Shown here: piece by piece, positions 13,489 to 25,800 of the stretch
How positions within the stretch are numbered: position 1 is the stretch's first letter
How the letters are laid out: every line of letters starts with the position of its first letter
DNA from: Trichodelitschia bisporula
Taxonomy: Eukaryota
Length of the DNA: 57,843 nt
NCBI GenBank assembly: GCA_010356995.1
Contig: ML996702.1
Location: 558,001-615,843 of the forward strand
Direction of reading: 5' to 3'
Program-made: the position numbers and the translations under genes
Notes under the pieces: model-generated
Databases searched by the model: none
The model's input: the letters and a program-made list of their open reading frames with translations, nothing else
What the model was told of the DNA's origin: nothing

Positions 13489-15811
13489 ATGGGCCTGCTG
13501 TGAGACTTACCCCTCCCCTCCAACCCCACCACCACCCCCCCCCCCAATCACCCCCCCCCTAAACCCCACAAACACATAGCGAACTAACGCCGTGCACAAA
13601 ACAGAGCCATAGGCACCCCTCTCGACTGGCCAGAAGCCAAGAAAGAAGCCTCCAAAGTCCGCGAATGGGGCATCGAGGTACGCTCTTTGTTCCGGGCCGC
13701 AGGGCCGCGCACCGTACAACGCCGCTTACCCGCTCGCACAGCAACTCCTGGCCATATGGCGCCGCGCCAAGGGCAAAGAGCGCGACGCCATGCTCTGGGG
13801 CGACGAGGTGTGTGGAATACTCCTGCTCCAGCCCCTCTCTGTGCGCTGACGCGCGCCCCGCCCGGGACCGTAGATCGAGTATCTGGTCGTGTGCTTCGAT
13901 GACCAGGGCCGCAGAGTGCGGCTCAGCCTGCGCCAGGCTGATATCCTGACCGCGCTGGCGGAGGACGAGAAGTTGCTGCGTGAGGGCGGTGGCGTGCCCG
14001 ATTTGCAGCGCGGTGATGCCAGGCCGGAACATGTGGCGCCTGTGTTTCATCCAGAGTTTGGGAGGTTTATGCTCGAGGCTACGCCGGGCAAGCCTTGGGG
14101 GATTGGGTTCAAGGACTTGTTGGATGTGGAGCCGAATATGAAGCTTAGGTATGTGGGGAGAAGGCTGTGGTGGTGATGTGTTGGCTGATGGTTTCTGTCC
14201 GACAGGCGCAGGATTGCGAAGGAGCATATGCACGCAACTGAGTTCCCGATTACGCTGACCACGTTTCCGCGTCTCGGGTGCGCGGACTGTACGACGCCGG
14301 CGTATCCGGTCTCCGGCCCGAAACTACGTTCGCAGTTCCTGCCGGATGAGATCGCGAACCCGCATATTCGCTTTCCGACCCTGGCGGCGAATATCCGCGC
14401 GAGGAGGGGGCGGAAGGTCGAGATCAACGTGCCTGTCTTTCGCGACGTGAATACGCCCTGGCCGTTCAAGGACCCGACTGTCAACTACGACCTGCACAAC
14501 TGGCCCGAGGATGACGATGTGCGCAACGGTGCGGCGAAGGAGAACCACATCTACATGGATGCCATGGCGTTTGGGATGGGCAGCTGCTGTCTGCAAATCA
14601 CCTTCCAGTCAAAGAACATCGAGGAGGGCCGCAAGATGTACGACCAGCTCAGTCCCCTCGGCCCCATCATGCTCGCCCTCACCGCCGCAACCCCGATATA
14701 CAAGGGCTTCCTCGCCGACACCGACGTGCGGTGGAACCAAATCAGCCGCGCAGTCGACGACCGAACGGCCGAGGAACTAGGCGAAAAGGTACACCCGCCC
14801 CCCTCCCCTCTGCTCTCCATGCTAACCGCACAGCCCCTCGCCCACGACCGCTGGCGCATCCCCAAATCACGCTACGCCTCTAACTCCACCTACATATCGC
14901 AAGACCCACGCCTGCGCCCGGAATACCTCGACCCGGAGCTCGTCATCGACCCCGTGCTAAAAGCGCGCCTCGTCGCCGGCGGGCTAGACGACATCCTCGC
15001 GACACACTTCGCCCACCTCTTCATCCGCGACCCCATCGTCGTCTTCGCCGAGGATCTACAAACGCTCGACCTGTCCAAAACCGACCACTTCGAAAACTTG
15101 CAGTCGACGAACTGGCAACACATGCGCTTCAAGCCGCCCCCGCCCGGCAACGACACGGGTTGGCGGGTTGAGTTCCGCCCTATGGAGATTCAAATCACAG
15201 ATTTCGAAAACGCGGCTTTTAGTATCTTTATGGTGCTTATTACCCGGGTTATTCTGAGCTTCGATCTTAATTTCTACCTGCCCATTGCGCGGGTCACGGA
15301 AAATATGGAAACCGCGCACCGCCGCGACGCGGTCTCCGAACAGCGGTTTTATTTCCGCAAAGACCCGTTCGGGCCCGCGCGTGGACATCCTGGCTCCGGA
15401 TCCGCGCCCGGCAGCGGCACGGCTACGCCATCGCTTCCGCCCGTCGAAGACGAATACACGCTCATGACCGTCAACGAAATCATCAACGGGCAGGCGGACG
15501 ACGGGAGCGGGCGCCCCGGGTTCCCCGGATTGATACCGCTCGTAGAATCTTATCTCGATAGTGTGAACGTCGATGTCGAGACCATGTGCCAGTTGGCGCG
15601 GTATTTGGATTTGATCCGAAGGCGGGCGGATGGGAGGCTTTGGACGGGGGCGAAGTGGATGAGGGGGTTTGTGCAGCAGCATGAGAAATATAAAGGGGAT
15701 AGTGTAGTGGGAGAGGAGGTTGAGTATGATTTGATGAGGGTTGTGGAGGGGATTGGACGTGGGGAGACGGCGTGGGGGCTTGAGAAGCTGGGGGTGCTTG
15801 GGAAGGGGTAG
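13489..15811 (+). CDS. GSH1: Glutamate-cysteine ligase catalytic subunit (~661 aa)
   Basis: Exons 13489-13499, 13605-13677, 13742-13807, 13874-14148, 14206-14788 and 14834-15811. Motifs: MGLLAIGTPLDW, LWGDEIEY, FHPEFGRFMLEATPG, IYMDAMAFGMGSCCLQITFQ, HFENLQSTNWQHMRFKPPP, GWRVEFRPMEIQITDFENAAF. Confidence 0.97.
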
Positions 15812-16318
15812 GGGTTAGAGGGTACAGGGTAGAGGGATTCAATTGGGCGGTTTGCTTGTCTTTTTCAGCTTGTGGGTAAGAATCCGCGGTGTGTCTTTGG
15901 GTGCGGATGGTGCTGTGGAGGGTTAGGAGCAGTATACTTCGACTCAAGGCCAAAGTCAATAGACCATCAGCAGGGAACCGAGCCATACACATATCACGGC
16001 ATCTACAAGAATACTTGAGATCCACGACCAAGTCACTTTTTCTGTTGAAAACCAAATGCCGCTCTCAGGGCATGGAAATGGCAGATTTTCTGGCTTGATG
16101 GATTCGCTTTGTATTATAGATTCACCCACGCAGCACCAACGTACACGGAATCGCCCCATGTTGGCCCAGACATCGCAAACATACTTCACGCCCCCCTCTT
16201 GCCCTTTCCCACGCAAATTGTCAGTGAAAATTGGGAGGCTGAGCCGACGCCTTGTGACAGAGACGAAAGCTGTCCTGCGATGCGAATTCCCGTTAGTGCT
16301 GACAAAATTCTTTGAAGC

Positions 16319-18580
16319 TCATTCAGACGAAAGGCGAGCCAGCTGAGAAGCCGGGGCCAGGCCCGGGGTGTAGAGGGCAAATTCACCCATAACCGTCCCC
16401 TTAGGGATGACGGTTCCAGTCTTTAGGACCATGTGCTTGGGTATAACCGACCGGGCTGGCAGGAGCATGGCCGTTGGAATTCTTATCGACAAGTGCAGAA
16501 TGCTGTCAACCTTTAATATAAGCTCTTCCTCCAGCATCTGGGCGTCCCCGGCCTGGACCGGTTCCGACTGCACCGGAGTGCCCACGAACGAGCTGACGAT
16601 GCTAGCCTCATTGATCCCCGACTCCGTGAAGGTACGCGTAGGGGAGAAGAACTCGGAAGCGCAAAAGCGCCTCCGTTTCCCCACCCTCGCGTATATATAA
16701 ACCTCCACCGCCCGCACGATATAATTGCCATGTATAAGGCGTCCGGCGGATGGCGCGTTTGGGAACCATTTCAAGCCGAATAAGAGGAAGGGGCTGTTCC
16801 AGGGGCCATCGCCACCGATGATGCCAGACCCGCTCGATTTCTCATCCTCCCTATACTCCCGGCGAGCAATTCGATTTATATTGCTGAATGTTGTGTTTTT
16901 GACTGATGATATTTTCGGTGAGGGGGAAGACCGTGAGCAAGGCGGTTCGGTGTTGACTCGAACCGAGCCTTTTCTGCCGCATACTGCTCTGGAGGTAGGA
17001 TACCCAGTTGGTAACGACGAGGTGCAGCGGACTGGTGGGTTTCGGCCGTCGCAAATGACTGAGCGTCGGAGGCATCGTCTTGGTCTTCGCCGTCCTGCCG
17101 GTTCGCTGCCTATACCGAGAAAGTATAGAGACTCTGCAGCTAACGGGGAACGCTCGTTAGGCTTCGACTCTCCGCCTTCAATCAGCTATACCGCGCGGTT
17201 GAACATGTCTGCGATCGTTGACTTGAACCTATGTGTGGGAATAGGTACCCTGCCGATCTGTCGCTCCGGTACTCCACCATACCCCGCAAGAGATCAATGA
17301 CGTTGATAAAGGCCTTGACTATCCAGTGGCCGCCAGCACCGAACAAGCCTCTGCTTTGAAGGTATATACAGGGGGCGAGATGAAAGCAATCGATGATGGA
17401 CAACGCAATCAGATCCAAGGCTAAGTCGACGACGCGCGGGATGTATAATTCGAGTTCGCGGGCGGCGTTGACATCTGTGACCGTCTGACTGCGCGGAGGC
17501 TGATAGGTTCGATCAAAGTCTGGGAAGGACTCGACAGCGGGCGAGAGTGGTTTCAATTCCACGGTTACAGCGTTGTGCGGTTCATGAAGGGGGATGTGCG
17601 GAGTGTGAGAATGCGGTTTGCAGATGGATTGTGCACGGCCGTATACGAATCAGGTAAAGCAATGGTATCGTTGGCGGAATCGAAGATGCGGGCCTTCTTG
17701 CCAGATCCGAGAGAGCGCTTGATGTACGCAGAAATATAGAATGCGAACGTCGGAGCGCTTTAGATCAGCCGTTGCTCATCGCACCAATGAGGACGTTTGT
17801 ATATCCTCAACGACCTCGATACCTTCGACCGAGATGATATAGACCTATGCCTAGCGGGTGTTCGCATAGCCCCTAGGTCATAGTATACTAGGGTGACCTA
17901 CCGTGAAGGTTTCGTCCGCTTCGTCGGGAGGTACGTCTGGTACTTGCTGATCAGGAACCCCGGCATGCTCTCTTCTTCGGCAAGGGGAGCGGACTCCTTG
18001 ATTGTCTTCGAGTCCATGGTGCTATGCAGCTCCGCTGTTAGCATGATATTATTGTGGTCGGCCGTAGTCATCCTCACCTTTCCCATTGCAGTCAAACCGT
18101 TGCAAAGTTTCTCTGGAAGCGATGACCGGCGCGGTGAGTGCTTATGGCGCAGCAACCGTGGGCTTCAGAACCTTCGACGACGATGCCGCCTTGTGCGCTT
18201 TGAATGTCGACGTTTTAAAGGCGCCTTTCCCCGAGCTCTTGAGGGTTTTCTTGGAGGGAATGCTGGGGGGAACGTCCGGGTCGGTGCTGTCCACGAACAC
18301 CGAGACGGGCGGGATGTAGACATATTCCGGAGCGGGGCCAGCCACCGATAGGGCGGCGAGGGCGACTTGCAGCTCATCAGCATCAGCAGGCGGATCGGCT
18401 GTAGTAGCATGCTCGGCGGCGGATTCATCGGGCGCGGCGGCGGCAATGCCAGGCGCGGCTGCGGCATCTATCGAGAGGGTCCCAAACACATCTGGCAGAG
18501 TATTGATGTTAGCGGCCGGAGCGGCGGGAGCACTGGTCGGAGCGGCCGAATTGACATGACCGAGTTTGGTTGATGATGGC
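16319..18580 (-). pseudogene. Probable decayed multi-exon gene of unknown function
   Basis: A chain of protein-like minus-strand fragments (18142-18489, 17898-18155, 17182-17562, 16319-16774) with intron-like signals (GTGAGG..GCTAAC..TAG near 18075-18025). The frame is broken by stops, and there is ACG where a start codon would be expected (~18580). Boundaries are approximate. Confidence 0.4.
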
Positions 18581-19160
18581 GTATATATTTGAGAGATGAT
18601 TCTAGCAATATTACCAACCGGACTCTTCCTGTAGGGAATCTAACTTACTGTAAAGGGGCATTAGTTATAAGAATGACAATATTGAATAATCATGAGCTGT
18701 GGAATATAGAACAAAGCACGAGCTCCGTTGCGGAGGTCGCAAGGCACCATGTCCAGGCGAGATGGGTAGGAGAAATCTGCGAGAAGTGTGGCATTTGCAA
18801 ACGTGTGAATTTTCGATGCAGTGCTCAAAAGAGTCTATACAGAAATGTACCAAAGGCAATGATCGATGAAGAGTGATGTTGTAAAGAAAGAAATCCAGCA
18901 AGCGAGTCAAGTAATTTACCTCCCGCGACGAGCATTTACGCCCGCACGGACCACTAAGCGAGCCAATCACCACCAACCTCCGTCACCAGCTCTCGGACCG
19001 ACAATTCCCCGCCGCAACCTCACCACCACACACCCAATCACCGCGTCACGCATCGCCGCGCGCCGCAGCAGCTCACAACAACTACCCGTCGCACATCGCA
19101 TCGCGCACTCGCTCAACCCGTTACTTCCCACCTCATCTCTTCGTACACAAAAGAGCCGCG

Positions 19161-19555
19161 ATGGCCTCCCCCTCCGAACCCGGCAACCGCCCCGACGAGC
19201 CCCTCGACCTAGTCCGGCTGTGCCTCGACGAGATCGTCTTCGTGAAGCTGCGCGGGGACCGCGAGCTCAAGGGCCGGTTGCACGTAGGCTCCCATACACC
19301 CTTCAACCCCAAGCCCACACTCTGACATACACTCAGGCGTACGACAGCCACTGCAACGTGGTCCTCGGCGAGGTCGAGGAGACGATATACAAGTTCGAGG
19401 AGGATGACGAGGATGCGGAGCCGGTGGTTAGTGTCCTGTGTGGGGTTGTGCGGGCGCCCGACTGACTGACGGAATAGACGATCAAGAAGCAGTCCGAGAT
19501 GCTGTTTGTGCGGGGTGATTCGGTGGTGTTGATTTCGCCGAATCCGCCTTCGTGA
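19161..19555 (+). CDS. LSM3: U6 snRNA-associated Sm-like protein LSm3 (~96 aa)
   Basis: Exons 19161-19283, 19337-19426 and 19478-19555 give [47 protein letters not shown]...[15 protein letters not shown]. Confidence 0.96.
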
Positions 19556-20334
19556 TGGGGGAGTAGGGTAACCTTACATGCGTGCTGCGGAAGTGGCTGG
19601 AATTATTTTGAAAAGCAGGGTTTGAGGGGATTCAGGAGTGGAAGAAGTAGAAAACAAAGGCAGCGACTCTTTGTATGAAGGGATACGGCTTTGATACCCT
19701 GACAGAAGTAGACACACGGCGTCAGAGCTCGAAAGCGGATGACGACTATGAGGGACCGAGTCAGAGGAATAAAGGCCTGGGAGATGATGAGCAGTGTCGC
19801 ACCGCTGGTCATAGATGACAATGCGATTATGTTTTAGAAGCATCAATTCATTGACGCCGGACTCGCGTTATATACACCCGAAGACTCCATTCCCATCCGC
19901 GCCCCATACGCCCAGCAATAACGCCGCCCATCTACTCATAGCACACCCCTTGAAATCGAAGACTCAAAAAGGGAATAAAGATGTCAAGTCATCGCGTCAT
20001 TCCATCGTGAACGCGACACTGAAGCACTCGACAAAGCGAGCAAAAACGGATGAAATGAGGGACAAGAAGGCGGGGTATTAAAGACTTTCAAAGCATGTCC
20101 ATACATGCCGACAATACGCCTCCACCAAGCGGCAGAGGCGCAACAGAGACCGGTCCAGGAGCAAATATTCGCTAAAGGTTGAGCCGTCGCTCTTCATTAC
20201 GCTATCCCTCCAGGTGGCCCAAGGATAAAAGGATAGGGTATCCTAGTGCTGGAGATGACATCGCTTGGGTATTCGCAATTGCAAACCAGAACGAAAGACG
20301 ACGGGGTATGCGAAGCGGAGGACAATCCAAGAGG

Positions 20335-22422
20335 CTACCGCTTGCGCAACGACTGGCTGCCGCAGCTGTCGCGCCCAGCGGGCGGCAGGATGAATCCCCG
20401 CGCCAGCTCGGCTTCGACGAAGATAGAGGCGCGCTTGAACCGGCTCGCTGTGTACTTATCGTACACGGCTGAGTGATGCTTACGCGGGTTGTCGCAGCAC
20501 TCAATGGTGATAGAGAGCAAGGTGCGGAGCTGTGAGTAGGTGTACTGCGAGTAGTGCACATGGGCTGGTCCCTAGAAGAGGTTAGGTTGATCTTGTGTCT
20601 GGAAAAAAAGAGTCATACCCAATCGCCCTTGTTGAGCAGGAGGCGTGCCAAGCAGTGGGCGCCCGCAGCGGCGAAGCTGGGCAGACAGCCGACGAACCGC
20701 TCGTCCATGATCATGACTTCCAGAAAGTATTTAGCCAGCGTGCGGGTCTCGAGATCGTAGTCGTCAGCCTTGCTAATACGCCGGAGGAAGCTCATCGGGC
20801 CGGGCCATCCGAGCTCAAAGTCCAGCATGCTGAGCATGTACCGCTCAGCCTTCAGAATCTCGTCCGCGGTGTACCCGCTGTCGACCATGTAGACAATCTC
20901 CTGGACCGATGGGCAGTTGATTTCCTCATACTTGGCAGCAAGGAGGATGGCAGTCGCACCAACCAGCTGCAGTTTGCCAAGAGACACGACCTTAACAGAT
21001 AGGAAGCGGTCAACATAGTTGACGGCGAGGAAAAGCGTCTCCGGAAGCAGCTGGAAACGTGCATGCACCTGGATCAACCAGTCCACGAGGACAGCACGCA
21101 TGGACCACTGGATCTCCGTCTGCGTATTCATGTAGTTGGCGCTGGGCGTCATGCGGTCCTACGGGGGTGAGCAGATGTTAGAGAGCAGATACGGTACGTC
21201 TTACCTCAAGCTTCTGCATGTAGGCGAAAATTTCCTCACTGTACTCGGCCACCATGGATGTATCCCACGACTCCTCATCTTCCATTTCCGAAGGACGCGT
21301 AGCATCGACGAAGATCTTCGCGCTTTCGAGCTCGCGCTGCACACGGGCAGTAACCTTGGGAGCAAGTACGGCCGTGAACCCGCTCGTAGTGTTGTCTCCG
21401 CGAGACGGAACCGAGTGCGAAGTGGTGTAACCCTCAGCATCGAAGTACTCGTCTTCCTCTTCCTCAAGCCAGTACTCTTCGTGTTCTACAGCACTATCCA
21501 AGGCGGCAAGAGGAGGAAGGGAGAGATCATCGAGAGGCAACGGAACAGCGGCAGCTTCGACGGGAGGCAGGACAACCTTCTCGGCCTGGATTTGGGGGTC
21601 TAGCAGACGATGAGGATCATATAACATAGACGCCATGGGTTTGAACTTACCGAGGGTTTCAATTGAGGCGAGCAGAGAGGAGGACCTCGAGTTTTCTTCG
21701 TCAGAAGTATCGTAGTCCTTCCTCGCCACAGGCTCTGCAACAGCAAGCGGATCCGAGTGAACGGCATCAAGACTGGGAAGCGCCTTTTCGCACTGAAGAT
21801 TGAGAAGCTGATCACTCGCAGGCGCAGTCTCACGGAATATCGTGGTACTCCGCTTGGTGAGTGTCTTCCGGGCGATAGGTGCCTCAACGGGCAGCTCGAC
21901 ACCCTCGGATTTGACCTGGGTGGAGATATTCACAGAGCTCGGGACGGCGCTCTTCAGCACAATGCTGGACAACGGGCGTTGGGCCGGGCGAAGGAGAGCT
22001 GCGGTTTTGAGCGCGCTGTTCTCCGAGACCTCTTTAAGCGGCTGGAGCGCCTTCTTGACCGGGCCGTCGGAACCCTTTGCGGGCAGCGCGTTATCATCCC
22101 TCGCGACGGTCTTGCTGGTGTTGCTCACGTCCGCAAAGGCGGTGCGCCGCTGCGGGTTCGCTTTGATGCCATTCATGCCATTCTTCAACAATGTTGACAG
22201 GGCCGATGCCGACTTCGTGCGCTGATGCAGCAGCTTGCCGGGTCCCGATTGCGCGACGGGCGCATTTTCGTCGCGCACGCGCGTAACGCCGCGAGGTCTG
22301 AGGGGCTTTTGGGTTATCAGCATTGCGAAGATGAGGTGTTGTGGTTGAGATGGGGGGTTGGATGGGGTTGGTTTGGATGAAGTTAAAATGTGGGAGGCAG
22401 GTCGACGTACCTTTGCTTCCAT
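20335..22422 (-). CDS. B-type (G2/M, Clb3-like) cyclin (~629 aa)
   Basis: Exons 22422-22411, 22305-21205, 21158-20619 and 20571-20335. Cyclin box MRAVLVDWLIQVHARFQLLPETLFLAVNYVDRFLS...LAAKYEEI, destruction box RTAFADVSN, and MVAEYSEEIFAYM. The first acceptor (AAG) and the exact C-terminus are less certain. Confidence 0.93.
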
Positions 22423-22830
22423 TGCGCTTGTCCTTTGAGTCGTCCTTTCCATCCGATGTTCCGTGCCGATGCTAGAAAAGCCGAGTCCGCCCTGAGATAT
22501 CCGTCTTTGAGATGTTGTAGTCCGGACAATCTGAAAATGACAGGCCGGTCCGATGGGGTATGCAGAAACCTTTTCAAAGCGAAGCGAGTCTGACGAAAAG
22601 GAGAACACGAGCGCAAGCCGAACACATCCAACAAAACCAAGAGGACCACTAAACCTGCTTCATGAACAGACTCTGAGTTGCGATTGCCGATATGGGAGTC
22701 GCAGCCGGGGATAGAGTCCGTCGCTGAGGAAGCAAGGCTTTATGGATGGAAGTGAATGTTTTGGGGTGACAACTTTGAAGTGGACAAGGCAGGGACCTCT
22801 CCGCAAAACAAACATGTCGGCAGGAGCACG

Positions 22831-22886
22831 GTAAACAAGCGCGGAACGGGCTGACATGGGGTCTTGTTGACACTAGCCCGTAAACA
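22831..22886. promoter_or_regulatory. Cluster of forkhead-type sites upstream of the cyclin gene
   Basis: GTAAACAA (22831-22838), TGTTGAC (22865-22871, reverse of GTCAACA) and GTAAACA (22880-22886), 410-465 bp upstream of the cyclin ATG. Confidence 0.5.
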
Positions 22887-25800
22887 GTCCGTGTGCACGG
22901 TGACAGGCAGCGCAAAAGAGGAATAGCGTCTTGGCCCCCGACCTGGCCACTGTTCCATCAGCGAGTGCTTGACGACCAACCGTAGCAACGCCGTCGTCGG
23001 GCTGGTGACTGTACGACTTGCTGCTTCCTGCAAGGTACCAACAACGGCCCTTGGTTTCTGGTTCGGCATCAGCATCTCCATCCCGCCAGGGGAGGTGTCG
23101 CGATGTCTGGTTGCCGGAGCTCCGCTTGCTGCTGGTGGAGGACATGGCGTGCAGTAGCCCCAGTTGACTGCATGAGAAGGTAAGCCCGAGCACCGGCGAG
23201 TGGCTTTGCGAGTCTGCGTCGTGGGGATTTTCCATTCCGTGTCACCAACGAGCCGCCCTTGTTTTGGGAGGAGTTCGCATGTTGCAGCGACAATGAGAGA
23301 CGTCAAGGTGAAACGGAAGAGACGGGGTCGATGTGGTTCGGGATACGTGGGACTGCGATCGACCGAGAGCAGCGACAGGCGCAATTGGGAGCTTCTTCTT
23401 AGGAACCGACTTGCATGCACTTAGGAAGCCGAGACAGAAGCCGGCGCAAAACAGCGGGCCGGGTGGCAGTACGGAGCCAACGCTGCAACAATGACAGTAG
23501 AAGTGATTCGTGAATTCCGTCCGATATAAAAGTGTGCGGAGTAAGCACTGCATTTCAGATCTGGATCTGTCGGCTTTGCTTGCGCATTAGCTTCGCTCCC
23601 TCTGGGGTGACCCTGGGGCTGGTTGAAGCTCTGCGGTCGCCATGACGAATCCAATCTGTCGGTCCCAGGAAGCAGGCCCAATAGCAAGCATCATGCCAGT
23701 GATATTGGACAGTAAACAGGTCATAAAGTCGATGGCGATGATGGTACTCCGTATTGCGGAGGGCTGATACGTAGTACCTCTGTAGTTCTAGATCGCAGTG
23801 TGAGTCCTAAACTTATAAGTGGCTTGGGTGAAAAATAGCAACCAGCTCATCACCAGGCGCTGGAGCCCAAGTTCTTTTCGTTGTACTGTACATATTACTG
23901 GCACACCAAGATACCTCAGTCAATCGTGCATTCCCCGGATACATCCAGCGGCGTATGCAGTATTGCTTCAGAACGGGGCTTTACTCGGACGCTGTGACGC
24001 ATTCGCGGTTCGAGAAGCCATCCATAGCTCCTGGGTATCTCGAGGCAGGTGAACCAAGGTAAGATTGAAGGTGAGCCTCTCCAGCAGAGAAACGTGAATG
24101 TCTGGTTGTGGACCTGTCCCATAGCATATCTATATGGAATCGTGGCGCCTGATTTACGACTCATTTTTGCATGCTTTCGGTTGTTGACATTTTGTACAGA
24201 TGTATCCATTTTGAAGCCGAGATACTGACAGTAGACTTCCTCTTCTCACGTTGCGACACTCGCTCAGCACATTTTCATCCGAAAGAACGATTTTCTCAAT
24301 ACAGGAACTTGAAACCTAGGATATTTCCGGCCAAATTTGGAACGTGCATTCCATTTTGTCGCACGGTAGAATATGTAGACTGTTCCGGCGCAAGTGGTGG
24401 GTTGATCGTCGTTACGGGCCACTGACGCGCAATCCCACCTAGTTAAGCTTCGCAGCCCTCAGCTTAACTATTCAAGGTGGTACCGTGATGGTGCTCTTTT
24501 ACGTTCCAGATCCCATCACTGGCAGAGAAGCAGCTCTCCTCGGATACAGTGCTGAACAGTAAGGGGGTGCATCCTCAAACCTGTTGCGCACAGAAATCCC
24601 GCTGGTGATGTCGTCATTGGCCAGAATTGATTGCGACAAGGAAACTTCGGAGATTCTCGGCCCGGTCCGATGACCTCTGACGTAGTACCCCACATTCGCA
24701 GCGCGTCTTTCAAAAAACCCCGCGATACACAACAATGCGAGTATCCGCCCCAACACCGCCGAATTTTGTTCAAAGACGCATGAATGAAATGCGCTTCTGT
24801 TGGTTACGCTACATCAATCTTCAAAACGTATGCGCCATACCTCTATTCCTTCAAATTGAAATGTGCGGTTTCGAATCTCCACCGTCGCGTCGCCACGCGA
24901 ACGTGACGCCATCCCACGTGACCGGAATGGGTCCTCCCCTCGCCCTACTCCGCACTTCCACATTTCCATTTCCTTCCTTCTCTCGAGGGTCACGGCCTCA
25001 CGGAGCTGGTTGTTGGCTCTTTTGCATCCGGCTCGCTCGGAGCGGGCTGTTCACGGCCTCAGCCGAAATTGCGGGAGGCGGAAAAGCCGCGCCGTCGTCG
25101 GGAGCCTATCGCTTGGACGGGCTCCGCGACGTCTCAAACCGGGAGCCCTCAATCTTGCGATAACCCTTGCCCCCTGGCTGTCCACGTTCTCGCAGGTGAT
25201 TGAAGACAGACAGTTGCCCTACGACAGCTCAACATAACGGGTGCAAAAAGGGAAGTTTGTTTTCGCATATGCTGGATTTGGAGGATGCGCATAGAGTCCA
25301 ATCCGTGTGCGCCCGCTTTGCGCGCCGCCTTGCACACCGTTTGTGCTGACCAGCGCAGGCGCATTTCTGACATGCACATTTGCATGCTGCCCAGACCGAT
25401 TGCGACTCTCCCTGAACAGTGTAGGGAACGCGTGGATACCGCTTGCGCAAGCGGTTTTCGATGGAGATCATGGGGTGACTAGGTCGCCAGAGTCTTCCGT
25501 TTCCTGCCGCAGCTAAGCTCCACACCAGATTGTATCATCCCTTGAACTTCTGGGCCCCATATTCTATTGGCATAGACGCACTGTGGCGACATCGGCTTGC
25601 TGTTACTGTGGTAGTTGTTATCGGAGTCCAGTCCTTCTCTCCGCAGAATGAACACGGGGCGCGGGCGCCGCGCGCACCAAGCAGCGTATGCGATCGCCAG
25701 GCCAGTGGCTGCTTTTTCTTCGCAGGAGAACGCGCCCCATGCAACCCCCGGCTCCCGTTGGTTGGCTGCATTCGAGCGTTTCCTTACTGTTGTTTGCAGA

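Noticed and set aside
19787..19860. C/D box snoRNA (ATGATGA downstream of LSM3)
   Set aside because: No suitably placed CTGA D box or terminal stem was found.
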